A stretch of DNA of 64,000 nt, taken from the NCBI GenBank assembly GCA_001179505.1, contig CDMY01000442.1:11912-75911 (forward strand), read 5' to 3'. Position numbers and translations under genes: made by a program. Shown here in pieces: positions 1 to 12,695 of the stretch (the first letter of the stretch is position 1; the number at the start of each line of letters is the position of its first letter). The notes beneath the pieces are model-generated. The model searched no databases. It saw nothing but the letters and a program-made list of their open reading frames with translations, and was not told the DNA's origin. The DNA comes from Vitrella brassicaformis CCMP3155 (Eukaryota; Protista; Chromerida).

Positions 1-3000
1 AATGGGTTAGGTGACCAGCCCCCTAGTCCCGACGACGACATGGCGGACGCGCAGGACGAGGAGGGTGAAAGGGAAGACCTCGAGGACCTACACAAGGCCG
101 TCCTCGGTAAGAACGCTGTAGTCAGTCGATATAGTGCCCTCTTCGCATGTCCTACATGACATGTGTGTGTACTAAATCGGTGGCAATGGCAGGTGGGGCC
201 GAGGGCACGGCAGGGGTGACGGGCAAGCCGCACCACCTGTACGTGTCGATCCACAAGGTGGAGCACCTGCCCAAGCAGTGGTGGGGCGGACCTAACCCAT
301 ACGTCACCTGCGGCTTCGGCGGGTCGCTACTCAAGTCCTCCGTCGCAAGGAACACCACCTCACACACATTCAACGAAGTAAACAGACACCACACCAACGA
401 GCGCATCGCATACGTGAGGTGAGTGGTGTGTTGGTTCGGTCCATGGCATGTGTCGATTAGATGTTTCGCCTGCCGGTGGTGACGCCCGTGTTTGAGGACT
501 CGGTCGTCGTGCAGTTGTGGTCGGAGAGCCTGATGGGGCCGGACGAGCTGCTGGCGCAGGGGAGACTCTCCTTCTCTGAACTCAGGTACACCCACAACCA
601 CATCCAGTAACTAGTGGAAATGCCGCCATGCGTGTCTGTCTGTCTGTATGCGCAGGAATCACGCGATGCAGCCGCGCTACTTCAACTTCTACGGTTTCGA
701 CAAGGAGGAGATCCCCGACATCGGCCCCATCATCGCCACGGGGGCGGTGCTGCAGCCCAACTGCTTTCAGGGCAGGATGCTCATCAGTGCTCGCGTGGAG
801 AGGCTCGAGAGCGAGGAGGACCTGCAGGATGCCATGGTGCTGTCCGCCAAGACCCACGAGGAGCCCCACCAGATATCGCTGGCACTGCTCGGTGACGTCT
901 ATGAGGTGCAGAGGGAGGGAGTGAGGGAGGGAGGGAGGGAGGGAGGGAGGGAAGACACTGGTTCCATCAACGAATATGTGCGTGTGTGTGTGTAGGCGAC
1001 GGGCATTAGCGGCCGTGAGTGTCAGGTGGTGATCCAGTGCGGCAGGGAAGAGAGATGCACTCCCGGATGGGCACAGCTCGACTATGTAAGTAGCCACACA
1101 CAGCACAGCCACCCAGCCCCCCCAGCACACACCAGACATAGCCTAGCCAGACGCCCACTTGTGTATGTATGTGTGTGACCTTCCACAACGCCTGCAGGAG
1201 AAGAAGCAGCGTCGTGGTGGCGAGGAGGGGTGTCCCTTCACCTTCACTCGTCAGCAGGGCCGCATCTCGCAGCTCAACGTCATGTGCTGCGAGGACGACA
1301 ACCAGGCATACGACGTCGTCGTGTCCGTATACACACGCGGAGTCATCTCGGGTACATACGACGCAGGACGTAGTAGAAGTGCAACACCCATTCACCCATT
1401 CTTCCTGTGTGTGTGTGGGTGTGTGTGTGTGTGTGGACGATGTCAGCCAGGAAGCGAGTGGGTTTCGTCCGCATGCCTTTGCGCAAGGTGCCGCCACTCG
1501 ACGAGGGACACCCACGAGTGCCCACGTGAGACGAACCATCCGGCCGTCCCCTCCACTCCACCAGCTATGCATTTCCTCTTGTGTGTCCATCCCTCCCATC
1601 CACGTGTGCAGTTGGTTCACCTTGACCCCGATGCCGAGTGTGGGTGAGGCGCCCCCCGAGAAGCCTGGTGCGGTGCTCATGACGCTCGAGAGGGCCGAGA
1701 AAGAAGACGTCGTCAGACCCACCAGGAAGAACGTCATCGCTTCGGTACGCATCCGTGCAAGGCAGGCAGGTGTGTGCATTTCTGTATGTGTCTGTGTATG
1801 TGTGTGTTTGTGTGTCAGGACTATGAGTTGCGGTGCTACATCTACATGGCGCGGCAGCTCAAACCGCCCTCACAGGAGAACCCTTACCCAATGGTCGGTT
1901 CGTCTGCCTGTCCATCTTGCAGAAGCCCCATCCCCCCCACACACACATACACATGTCTCTCTCTCTCTCTCTCTCTCGCATGTGCTGGTGTCGTGTCGTA
2001 CGTGTGCATCCATCAGCTGGAGGTGTCTTGTGCGGGTGTGAGTGCCGAGACGGCGGCCAAGAGCGGCACCACCAGCCCCCACTGGATGGAAGCCCTCAAG
2101 CTGGACGTCAAGCTCATGACGCCCACACCAACCAAACCACCCACAATGGAGCCAATCACACTCGCCGTCTACGACAAGACGCTCTTCAGGAAAGCGCTCG
2201 TCGGCAAGGCCATCGTCAACTTCGGCAGGTGGGTGGGGGCGTGGGTGTCGGTGTGGGTGTGGGTGATGGGGTGTGAATCGAATCGGTGTGTGTGGTGTGC
2301 TGGTTGGGTGACCGACAGGATGCGCCAGAAGGATGTGTTGGGTCAGTGGGACAAGTTCCAGCTGTCGCCCCAGTGGATCAAGCTCAAGGGCGGGCCACAC
2401 GCCTCCAAACACGTGGGCGACGTCATGGTCGCCTTCGAACTGCTCAGGTAGGTACACACCTTCTGGTGGCTCAGCCTGCTCACCAGCAGGCAGGGGCCCG
2501 TGTTTGTCGATCGGCTTTATCGGTGGGTCGGTTGGTTCCAATGGATGGATGGATGAATGGATGCAGGAAGAAGCACGTGGAGGAGCTGCCGATGCAGGAC
2601 ATGGCACCACGACTCAAGGAGGTCAACCTCAACCTCTCCATACTCGGACTCAGGTGGGCGCGGTGCGGCTGACAGCCAACCAGCCAGCCATATCCCTAAT
2701 GTGTGTGTCGGGTCGTGTTGTGCAGGGACCTGGTGGCTCCTGCCGTCGCCGGCATCCTGCCAACGCCCGTCGCGTACCCATACATAGAGGTCTCAGGTGC
2801 GTACGTACCTACGTCAGCCAGCATAGCATACACGCCTGCAGGCACTGCACTGCACACTCTCGTGGATGGATGGATGGATGAATGTGTGTGCACGGCAGTA
2901 AGTTCGTTCACGGCGACGGCGAGCACCCATCTGCTGGACATCCCCTACACACCCAAACCTGACCCCAACAACAGAGACCCCATCATGCAGAACAAGTAAG

Positions 3001-5560
3001 TAACCACAACAACAACACCACCACCCTCACCCCACTTGTGCAGTGCATGGTCGTCATTCATTGATTCATTCCATGCAGGTGCTGGACGTCCAAGGCCGGC
3101 ACGTCATTCGACTTCCTCTCTGCGAAGCGTGTGCCGGTGCTGCTGCCGGTGCGGCCCGTGTGGGACCCCATGCTGCACATCAAGGTGTTCGACAAAGGGC
3201 TCATCGGCCTGCAGGCCACCTACATCGGGGAGACCTCCATCCAGCTGGCGCCTTACTTGCCGTGGGTCGACGATCCCGAGGAGGCCTACCTAGCCGTGGA
3301 GGGACAGGAGGACTACCAGGGGGTGGGCATGCACACCCACGCACCTTTCTGCTGGCAATGTAGAGGGAAAATGGCGTTGTGTGTGTGTGATTGTGTGTTT
3401 GTTAGGACCGCACTTTGGAAGACGTCGACGGCAAGATGGACGTGAGCACCCGGCGGGGGTCCATGTACAGACCAGAGAACATCCAAAAGCTGCAGGTACG
3501 GCAGGGAGGGAGGCAGGGAGGCACCGAGGGAGGGAGGGAGGGAGGGAGGGAGGGACCAAACCATCCATCCATCCATCCATCGATTGATTGATATGCGACC
3601 GACCAACGCGCCACTACCCACTGTGACCGTGTGTGTCCTTTGGTTGATTGACGTGCAGGGTGGCCAGGCGGAGTGGCGTGTGGGCAAGAAGGGCGTGCAG
3701 ATTTCCGAGGTCATGATAGCAGAGGAGGAGGACGAGCTCTCCACCTATCAGAAGAAAATAAGGGACTTCAGGAACCAAATCCGGGAATCCCAAACGCAGG
3801 ACATGGTGCCAACGGTAAGCACCTACTGCTTGCTCGTCCTGATGGATGGATGGATGGATATGTACCTGTCTGTGTTCATTCATCAGGACGAGGCGCCCTC
3901 CCGCCCCCTCCTCCTCTCATCAGGCATCCCCGCCTGCCTCCATGACTACTACAGGGTCTGCAACACAACACAACACAACACAACACACCGCACCACAATC
4001 CACCCGCGCCGCGCCCCATGTCATGTGTCTGGCGGTATGTATGTATGGTGTGGTCAGAGTCGGCCCGCGCCCACCATCCGCACGCGTGAGCTGTCGCTGA
4101 ACGTGCAGATCCCGTCCAAGTTTGTCATTCTCAAGGAGGGCCAGGCGGGGAGGGCCAAGGCGACCCAGGACAAGGCGAGAAGGCCGCGGGTCGAGGGCGG
4201 CCTGGAGGGGATGCTGGACGACTTGCACTGGCGCGCCATGCCGCTGACGAGGGGAGGCAACAAGGAACAAGTGTTCGGATACTTCAAGGCAAGCAGGGAG
4301 GCACAGCTAGCTGCACAGGGAGAGGGCCGCATTCATTTAGACGACACACGCGTGAATGAGTGGGCGATATGCGATGTGTGCAGGGTGTGATACTGCTGGA
4401 GCATGGCGGCAGGCGGTCCATCATGGTCGAAAAGACCAAGAAAGACCTCCTCGAGTAAGTCAGTGAGTGAGTGAGGGAGCAAGGAGCGACGGCTGAAAGC
4501 AATGGGCCGCACCACACGACACACTTCATGCCATGCCGATGTGGCTGTGGCTGTGGCTGTGGCTGTGGCTGCCTGTCTGTATGCGTCTGTGCGTCAGCTA
4601 CGCATTCGAGGCGTCCACTCTGCGCGAGTACTTCAAGGTCACCACCAACTCACCCAACACAACACACAATACCACCCACCATGCCACTGTGTGAGTCTGC
4701 CTGTCTGTCTGCATGGTCAGGACAAGAGTCGTTTGCCGAGCCGCGTGCGGCTGCGCATCTATGTGGTGCGGGGCATCGCCGTGCAGGCGCAGTACGGACC
4801 TTACCTCGAGTTCACCGCCGGCACACACGTGGTCAACCTCAGAAGCTTCAAGAAGTCACAACTCCTGCAGCCGGAGTTCTGGAGGACAGAAGAGGTATGT
4901 AAATGCATTCAATTCACCGCATAGACACACAATGGACAGAAGGGATGGATGCTCTGCTGCTGTGCTGTGCTGTGCGCACACTGTTGTGTGGATCGATCTA
5001 CATAGATGGATTTGGACTTGCCGGACAAGGGTCGCCTGGAGGTGTCGTTGAAGGACTACCACGACCTGGGGGACACGCTCATCGGCAGCACCGTCATCGA
5101 CCTGGAGGACAGGTGGTTCTCGCGCCAGTGGCGGGACCTCATGTACAAGGGCGCCATACCCACCGAATTCAGAAATCTCACCGAATCCGTCACAAGGTGG
5201 GTGAGGCGGATTCCACGTCGTGTGAATGTCTGTGTGTGTGTGTGTGTGTGCCTGTCGATGCAGCCAGAGGTCTAAGGGTGTCGTGGAGATGTGGATCGAA
5301 ATGTGTGAAACATCAAGGTGGGTGCAATCAACAGAATCGACACACCAGCCAGTAGGTGTGTGAGTCTTGTGCTGCCTGGCTGGATGTTGGTTGGTTGGCT
5401 GCAGGGTGTCGGAGTTCCCCCCAACTGAGCTTGAGCCGCCCAAGCCGACAGAGGTGGAGGTGCGCATCGTGCTGTGGGGCACGCGCAACGTCAAGCTCGT
5501 CGACGGCGACCATGTGGACGTCTGCATTCAGTGCATCCTCGACTGCGCACAATACCAGGT

Positions 5561-5591
<31 letters not shown>

Positions 5592-6582
5592 GGAGGAAGA
5601 GAGAGAGGTCTCGGTGGATGGATGGTGTCTGTGGATTACCAGGGTCGATATCCAGTGTTCCAGGAGACCGACACGCATCTGAACTCCAAGGACGGCAAGG
5701 GCGTCTTCAACTGGCGCGTCGTGTACCCCAGAATCGTCGTCCCTGTCGAAGCGTGTGTCGTGCAGGTCAGGACTGGCCTGACCTGGCAGACACACATCAG
5801 TTCGCATCACTCAAACATGCGGAGGGCATCTCGTGTGTGTGTGTGTGTGATAGGTGAAGGTGCTGGACGACAACCAGATCACCGAGAAGCAGTTCATCGG
5901 AGAGGCAAGCAGCATGCGGCCACAGCCCACCACCCCCCCACATGCGTGTGTGTGTCTTGGTTCTCAGGTGAATTTGGATCTGAAAAAGTATGTCGAGCAC
6001 GTCGAGAGGAACCTCGAAACCCTCACTTTCGACGCCGAACTCAAAATATCCAACCGGTAAGCACAGCACAGCACGCCACAACACACACTGGTGGTCGCTG
6101 ATGCGTGTGTTGTGCATACGTGCCGGTTGGGTGTGTGCAGTGCTGAGGGCGAAGAGGACATCGGCACGGTCATCCTCTCAATGGACATCATGACACAACC
6201 TGAAGCAGACGCAAGGAAGGTAGCTGGATGGATGGATGGATGGATTTCACGCAAGCAAGAGGGGGCACGCCACACTGACTCATCTGTGCGTGTAGGTTGG
6301 CATTCGTCGCGACGAGCCCAACCGCGACCCGCAGCTCATCACGCCAACAGAGGGCCGCGAATGGGGAGACCTCCTGGGTATGGCGACGAGACACATGCTC
6401 ACCAGGCTGACAGCTCCGCTGCTTGTGGATCGATCCGGTGTGTGTGTGTGTGTGTGTGTGCAGGTTCTGTGGGTCTGACGTTCAATTTTGACTTGTTTGG
6501 GAGCCGCCTCAAGTGGATTGCTGGCGGGGCCATCCTGCTGCTCATCGTAATCATACTGCTGTACCTGGCCTTCAAACCCTGA
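1..6582 (+). CDS. Ferlin-family multi-C2-domain, tail-anchored membrane-fusion protein (multi-exon; frame open from base 1, possible ATG at 40, may start upstream)
   Basis: Spliced exons give C2-type segments (HLYVSIHKVEHLPK..PNPYVTC; DYELRCYIYMARQL; VRLRIYVVRGIAV; EVEVRIVLWGTRNVK..QETDTHLNSKDGKGVFNWRVVY), the ferlin-typical STVIDLEDRWFS motif, and a C-terminal TM (KWIAGGAILLLIVIILLYLAFKP) ending in TGA at 6580-6582. Phases checked for the 5' exons. Confidence 0.9.
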
Positions 6583-7204
6583 TGGATCCATCCATCCATC
6601 CACACGTCGGTCCGTCCGGCCAGAGGGCACGCCGACACATGCACTCCATGTCTCACACACATACGCAGCAATGCGTCCCTGACCTCTCTCTCTCTCTGTC
6701 TCTCTCTCTCTCGTCTCCTTGCTCGAGCTGAGTTTGATCAGCGAGGTGTTTGGTTTGCTGCTCTGCTTGCTTGCTCGCTTGTCCGTTGCATGCATGGCAT
6801 GCATTCGTGAATGGATGGACGAGTGCATTCTCGCCGGCAGGTACATGTAGCTAGCTGCCCTCCCAGTAGAGGCAAGCGTGTAGCTAGTACACACCCACCC
6901 TACCCACCCACCCATCCTTGCTGTGATGTATTCTTGGCTCGCAGGTCATTTCGTGGCGTGTTTATGTGCGTGCCTGTATGTATGGTGTTGGTTCTGTGCT
7001 GTCTGTGAAGCGAATTCGTTCGAGCTAGCGTGGATTTGATGATGGTCGGACCGAAATCGTCGAGCTCATGTCTTGACTTGACCAGTCAGTCCGACATCGC
7101 AATCGATGTTCAGATCACCAAAGATCGAGTGAAGACACACATCAAACACAAGTACACGCGTGGCGCGGAAAGAGCTGTGACGTCACATGACAGAAGCCAG
7201 TCGA

Positions 7205-8600
7205 TCACTCGAGTGACTCCCTAGCATTGTGGAAATCGGTATCCAGCTCTTCCTCGGCGTTGTTGTAGCACCAGTCGTCCTCCAACACATGCGCCAAGGC
7301 CTCGGCCTCAGCATTGTCACCTCCCGACCTGAGCACAACACACAACACATCGACACGACCAAACCTTGGGCGGTACGTTCTCGTCTGTCTGTCTGTCTGT
7401 CTCTTCGTACGTGAGTGCTTTCAGGGCTTTCACAACGTCCCAGGTCTTGATGCCGGCGACCAGGGCGACGTAGCTCATGAAAGCAGTCCCTGGCAGCATC
7501 GCCACTGTCAAAAGACTGTAGCCGATGGTGAAGCCGAGGCCAGCGAAGTGGACCGACCACGCCAGGGCTGCACATTTGCGTGCATCCTCGTCAGTGAGTG
7601 TAAGACGGCCCTTGAGAAATAGAACCAGGCTGCGAGTACGCGCACACCAACACATACATACACGCATACCGTCGAAAGGCCGTGTCTCTCCTGAGTTACG
7701 CATCGGTTATGGTGCTGTATTCTGTCAGCGAGGCCCTCTGCTTCCAGGCCGCGCTGCCGGCATAAAGGACGCCGCCAATGCCGGAAAAGAGCGGGTTGGC
7801 TGAGAGGTACCCCAGCATCGAAAGGTGCTTGACAGATGAGTCGGCTGCCTTCAGCAATGCGTCCTCATCACACGTTGCCCTGTCACGCGCACACCTATAA
7901 CCTGACGATTAAGACAGAGAAGTACACACGATACGACATACATGCATTCGTGCTTACCTAAGTAGCACTCGACAGGCCGCTCTGACACAGACACACACAC
8001 ACACACACACTGGGCATTGTCCATCCATCCATCCCTCCCTCCCTCCATTGCCGCCTACCTGGTGGGCATAGCTGTGTCTTGTCGACTTTTAGGCACACGA
8101 GCTGGGCCTGTTCCTGCATGATGCTTTTCAGGCGGCTCACACCTATAATCACGTTGTACAAAAACAAATGAAGCGGGCTCTCGGCGGCATCGGGCAGATT
8201 GTCGATAAGGGCCTGCATCTGAACAAGACAGAGAAGAAAAACCAACAAGCTGCATGCGCCGTACTATTGTCATCTCCTGTGTCTCCTCACTTACCCATTG
8301 TGGTCGGAATTTGCAAACGACGAGCAAGGCGGGCCTCAAGTTGACTAAGTCATTACCCCTGCATGACAGAGGGATGAATGGGGTAATGATCATTCGAATG
8401 CCTCGGGGTGAGGGCACTCACACGTAAACCTTCAGTTCTTTCCAGATGGCTCTGTCCTTTTTAATGGCCTTACACACGTCGGACTCCACCTTGGCAAGCT
8501 GAATCCCCCGGCGGATGGCGCGGGGGTGTGCTGCACCAGAGGCAAGGACACGGCTCATGGTCAGCAGAAGGATGCCGAACGTGGAAGGGCAAAGCCTCAT
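7205..8600 (-). pseudogene. Unknown secreted/membrane protein, paralogue A, with in-frame TAA at 7696-7698 (probable pseudogene or null allele)
   Basis: Eight phase-compatible GT-AG exons: MRLCPSTFGILLL..|GNDLVNLRPALLVVCKFRPQW|MQALIDNL..CPP|ERPVECYL|GYRCARDR..TITDA*LRRDTAFR|RLVLFLKG..KALT|TYRPR|SGGDN..ESLE*. The frame continues past the stop and aligns colinearly with the adjacent paralogue. Confidence 0.7.
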
Positions 8601-8889
8601 TCTCGCGCGGGCGTCTCAGACGGAAGGGGGGGGGGGCGAATTGATGTGCCCCCACCCGCATGCGCATGCATGGACGTCAGCGCGCTACGGTGTGTCGGTG
8701 TCTCATCGCCAAATGGACACAGAACTCTGTGTGTCAACGAGAGTGTCTGTTACACATACGTTAACTCATAGCGCAACGGCAGGCAGAGTCTGTCGGTCTC
8801 TCATGAAACGAACTGCGTCGACGAGTGTCTGTTACGCATCGCGAGTAGAAAAAGAAAGGGAAACTCCACGCAAGTCACCAGGAGATCTG

Positions 8890-10417
8890 TCACTCTTTGG
8901 GCAGGGTCTCGAATGTATCGTACCAGCAGCGCTCGTCTCGGAATACCACCTCGAACAGTGTCTCTGCCTCGGGGTCATCCGATGGACCGCTGCAGACGGT
9001 GGATGCAAGGCAAAAGAGGCAGATGAGACATGTGCGCGTTTCTTGGGATGACTAACAGATAAGTGATGCAGCTCACCTGAAGACGTGATCGAGTATACTC
9101 TTCAGATCGATGGCCTTTGAGCCGGCCATCATGCCAACGGTAAAAATGCTGGAAGAGGGGAGAGAGGGAAGGATTCTCACGCAGGACACACGACACAGCT
9201 GCACTGTTACCTGGGGACTAGCGTCAGGAACAATGCATTGTAGCCTGTACGAGAACACACGAAGACACAGGAGGAGACATAGCCGAAAGTCATGCAGAAC
9301 GATTAGACTATGGAGTACCAAGTTCGAGGCCCATTCGGCTGAACTCGACGGCCCATTCCAGCGCGACAAAATGGCGGGCGTCTTCCTCGCTGAAGCCATG
9401 ACGCTGCTCAAGAAAGTGGACGACACTGCACAGATCAGAAAAGAGCACATGAATGAGAGCCGACGCATGATTAACACTTTTGCCTTCAACGCACCCGTCA
9501 GTGCGGAGGGAGAACTCGGAGAAAGCAGCTCGCTTCTTGAAGATGGAAGTAGCACTACTGACCACAGTGCCGATGCCCGAAGGCAAAGGATTCTGGAACA
9601 GATATCCGAGAGTCGTCAAGACCGAGCGTGAGGAGTTGGCGACTTTGAGGATGCCATCCTCAATGCACGCCGTCCTGTCGGTAGCACAACGATATCCTGA
9701 CGAGACAACACACAATGCAGGTGACCGAGAGGGCACAAGGATGCAGTAACGCCAAAGTGAGGACCGAGGGTGCACTCTAAAGGAAACTCTGGAGAGAATA
9801 CGACAGCATGCCGTCATTACAACAAAGCAGTGCAGCTCTGACTGTTACCGGGTGGGCACGAGTCCATTTCCTGGCTCTTAACGCAGACGTCTCTTTGCTC
9901 CTTCTCCATCTCTTTCCTCAGCCTTTCCACAGCAGCCGACAGATTCTCGATGAACATTTTGGTGGCCTCTGACGGATGGTGCGGCAGCTTCTCTGCCACA
10001 GACTCTACCTGCACAGACAGGACAGGTCGATGACAGTATTCACCCAAATGGCAGCTGTGTTGCCTGGCTGGCCGATCATACGCACCCAGTCCGGCTTCCA
10101 CTTGCACACGGCGAGCAGCCCTGCACACATCCACCCCAGTCGGAGAGACAGACAGCAGACACGCATCATTTGCAGAGGAAGCCACCCACACCATCATGTA
10201 CGCAAATCGGCTGACCGGGACGGATGGCGTCAGAGAAGCCAGGAATGGTGATATTGAGGCCCTGGGCATAGTGGTGGAGGGACGAGGCAGCGCCGCTATG
10301 CAATGCAGCACAGATGTCGATGGATGCATGTGCATGTGAGCTTCGCAAGCTGAATCGTAAGGCCAGATGAGGTGGAAGGGACACGAGGACAACGGAAAGA
10401 AGAAAGCAGAGCTTCAT
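8890..10417 (-). CDS. Unknown secreted/membrane protein, paralogue B (intact; signal peptide, Cys-containing ectodomain, C-terminal hydrophobic helices)
   Basis: Nine phase-compatible exons: MKLCFLLSVVLVSL..DAIRP|GLLAVCKWKPDW|VESVAEKL..SCPP|EFPLECTL|GYRCATDR..NHA|VVHFLEQR..GLEL|GYNALFLTLVP|SIFTVG..HVF|SGPSDD..LPKE*. TGA at 8890-8892. Confidence 0.75.
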
Positions 10418-10579
10418 TATGATAGTCGATCGGCGGCGCGTCTCTGCCCCCCACAGCCACCCCCAGTCTCCCCTCTTCAAGGTGGGCACAGTGAGGTAGC
10501 CGTTCTTCTTTGGAGCCTCTAGCGAGCGGCATTTCGTGACGCTTCCCATCCCCGGGCCGTCCGCGGTCACGGTGCCGCC

Positions 10580-12354
10580 ATGGGTTGCGGTGCGTCAGGA
10601 ATGGAGAAAAAGGTGTGTGTGGGCATGACCGACACTGCGTGCTCTGTTATCGCATCGGGCGCCATCGTCGTGTTCTGGTGCTCTCACCATTCTGCAGCTG
10701 GTCTTCAGCAAGAACGAGTTGATGAGGTTGGCGGCGCCTGAGACGCATTGTGAGCTTATGAGGCACCAGCCCCCGCTCGTGTGTGTGTGAATGGATGGAT
10801 ATTTGTGCCTTCTTCAGTCACGCTTGAGGAGGTTCAAGTCATCTACCGAGGTAACAAACGCTGACAAACGGATCCGGACGGACATCTCTCTCTCGTGTCT
10901 TGATGCCCGTTGCCTCTCCTTTGCTCATGATGAATTAAGAGTTCAGACGGCAGGCAGGTCACCGAAAGCCCATGATAGGCGGGCTCAACCCGGTGCAGTT
11001 CCTCAATCTCTTTGACCTGGCCAACGCCGTCTCGTACACGTTTGCGGAGCGGTTCATCTACCTCTTCTGGCGGCATCGCACTCAGGGGGTCATCGACATC
11101 GGCTTCGAGGAGTTCATACGCGTGTTCTCCGTCTGGACGAGAGGTGGGCAGGGAGGGCCACTGTGCCTCTCTAGGGGTTTCTTGATGTGATTGATGGGCG
11201 TATTGTTGTGTGTTGTGTGTGGTGTGTGGTGTGGCAGGGTCGCCGTCGGAGAGGCTTGGGTGTAAGGAAACGAAGGCAAACAGAGGGAGGGAGAGGGATG
11301 GGTGTGGGCAAGGTTCTGCTCTTTTCTCTGGTCTGGCTGGCTGACTGGTTGGCTTGTGTTGGTTTAGTGGTATTTCGCTTGTACGACAAGCATGAGAAGG
11401 GGTATTTGCTAAAGCAAGACATTATCGACTTCCTCCAGTCACTCTTCGAGGGCTACCAACAGGTCAGCCTAGCATACCACACAAACACACAGACACAGAC
11501 ACAGACACACACATGACAGTGACACGCACTGCACTCATGGGGATGTGTCTGTGTGCATGTGTGTGTGTGCATCTATATGGTTCTCCTCAGTCGAACATTT
11601 TGACGTACGAGAAGACTTCACCGGAGTTCAAGGCACAGTAAGCACACAGACCACAAGAAGGACGGCCACTCACCGACCCTGTTGACCCCCTCTCAGAGTT
11701 GAGTTGCAGGCATACGACCGCGAGACACTGGCAAGGTGATTGAACATACTTCTTCTATGTCTCGTCCGCCCCGCCATGTTGGCCATGTGTGGATGCATCA
11801 GGGAGAGCCACCTGCTTTTTGATCGCATAGCCACGGACGCCATCAGGGCCTTCCACACACGCGACGATGCTGAGCTGCTCTGGGTGGACGGTCAGCCTGC
11901 ACAAGACACCACAAGACAGAACACGCCTATCTGTGTGTGTCTCTGTGTTTGCGGCCATTATACAGAGTTCCATGCATGGCTGGTCAACCAGCCTGGGATT
12001 CTGCACTTCCTCTGCATCCCCAACGATGTCAACCACTGGCTGGACGGCGGGGAGCGGCCAAAACCCAAACCTGTCCCACAGATGGGCGTGTACTACGGCT
12101 TCACCAGACTGCCCTCGCTCCGCAAACCGCCACCAGCAAACATGTCTCAAAACGTACGTGTGTGTGTGTGTGTGTGTGTGTGGTTGTGGTTGAGAGAGGG
12201 GAGGAGGGAGGAGGGAGGTGTGCGATGTGTACCTCTCTTTCACATGTATGCATGTGTGTGTGCTGATTGATATGATCAGGGAGGCGGAAAGAGGCCGGCG
12301 CCCATTGCGGATGGTAGCTCTGGCACACCCAGCAGGACACACTCGGAGATATGA
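10580..12354 (+). CDS. Calcineurin-B/NCS/CBL-like EF-hand protein with N-terminal MGC acylation motif
   Basis: MGCGAS start; LAAPETHFTLEEVQVIYREF resembles the CBL/NCS first helix; IGFEEFIRVFSVWTRGSPSERLGLVFRLYDKHEKGYL is a typical EF2-EF3 segment; TGA at 12352-12354. Confidence 0.75.
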
Positions 12355-12695
12355 TGGATCAGAGAGATAGGGAGCGGGAGCATCGTGTGTGTCGATGCAC
12401 TTGTACACGAGACGGACACGCATTCACTCACTCACTGACACACAGATAGATAGATAGATGGATGGATGGACTGCCCCACACCATTCATGTCACAGATAGG
12501 ATAGAGGGATGCACTCATCCAGGTAGTCAGTCACATGCACACGATACATGGATGGGCGGACACTCGCTGCATGCTTTCCTCTGAATGCGATAAACCATTG
12601 GTCTGTCTGGTATGCCGTGTCTTATTGATTGCGCATTCGTCGGTCTGCCGGCCATCATGCCTCCTCTGGGCTGGGTAGGTATGCTATCGTTGCTC

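Noticed and set aside
6780-6810. TGCATG/GCATGC runs resembling the apicomplexan AP2 motif
   Set aside because: They occur throughout introns and 3' regions as part of the low-complexity background and are not concentrated in the promoter gaps.
9110-9631. 173-aa plus-strand ORF that looked like a separate gene
   Set aside because: It is the antisense shadow of paralogue B exons, whose minus-strand reading is supported by homology to paralogue A.
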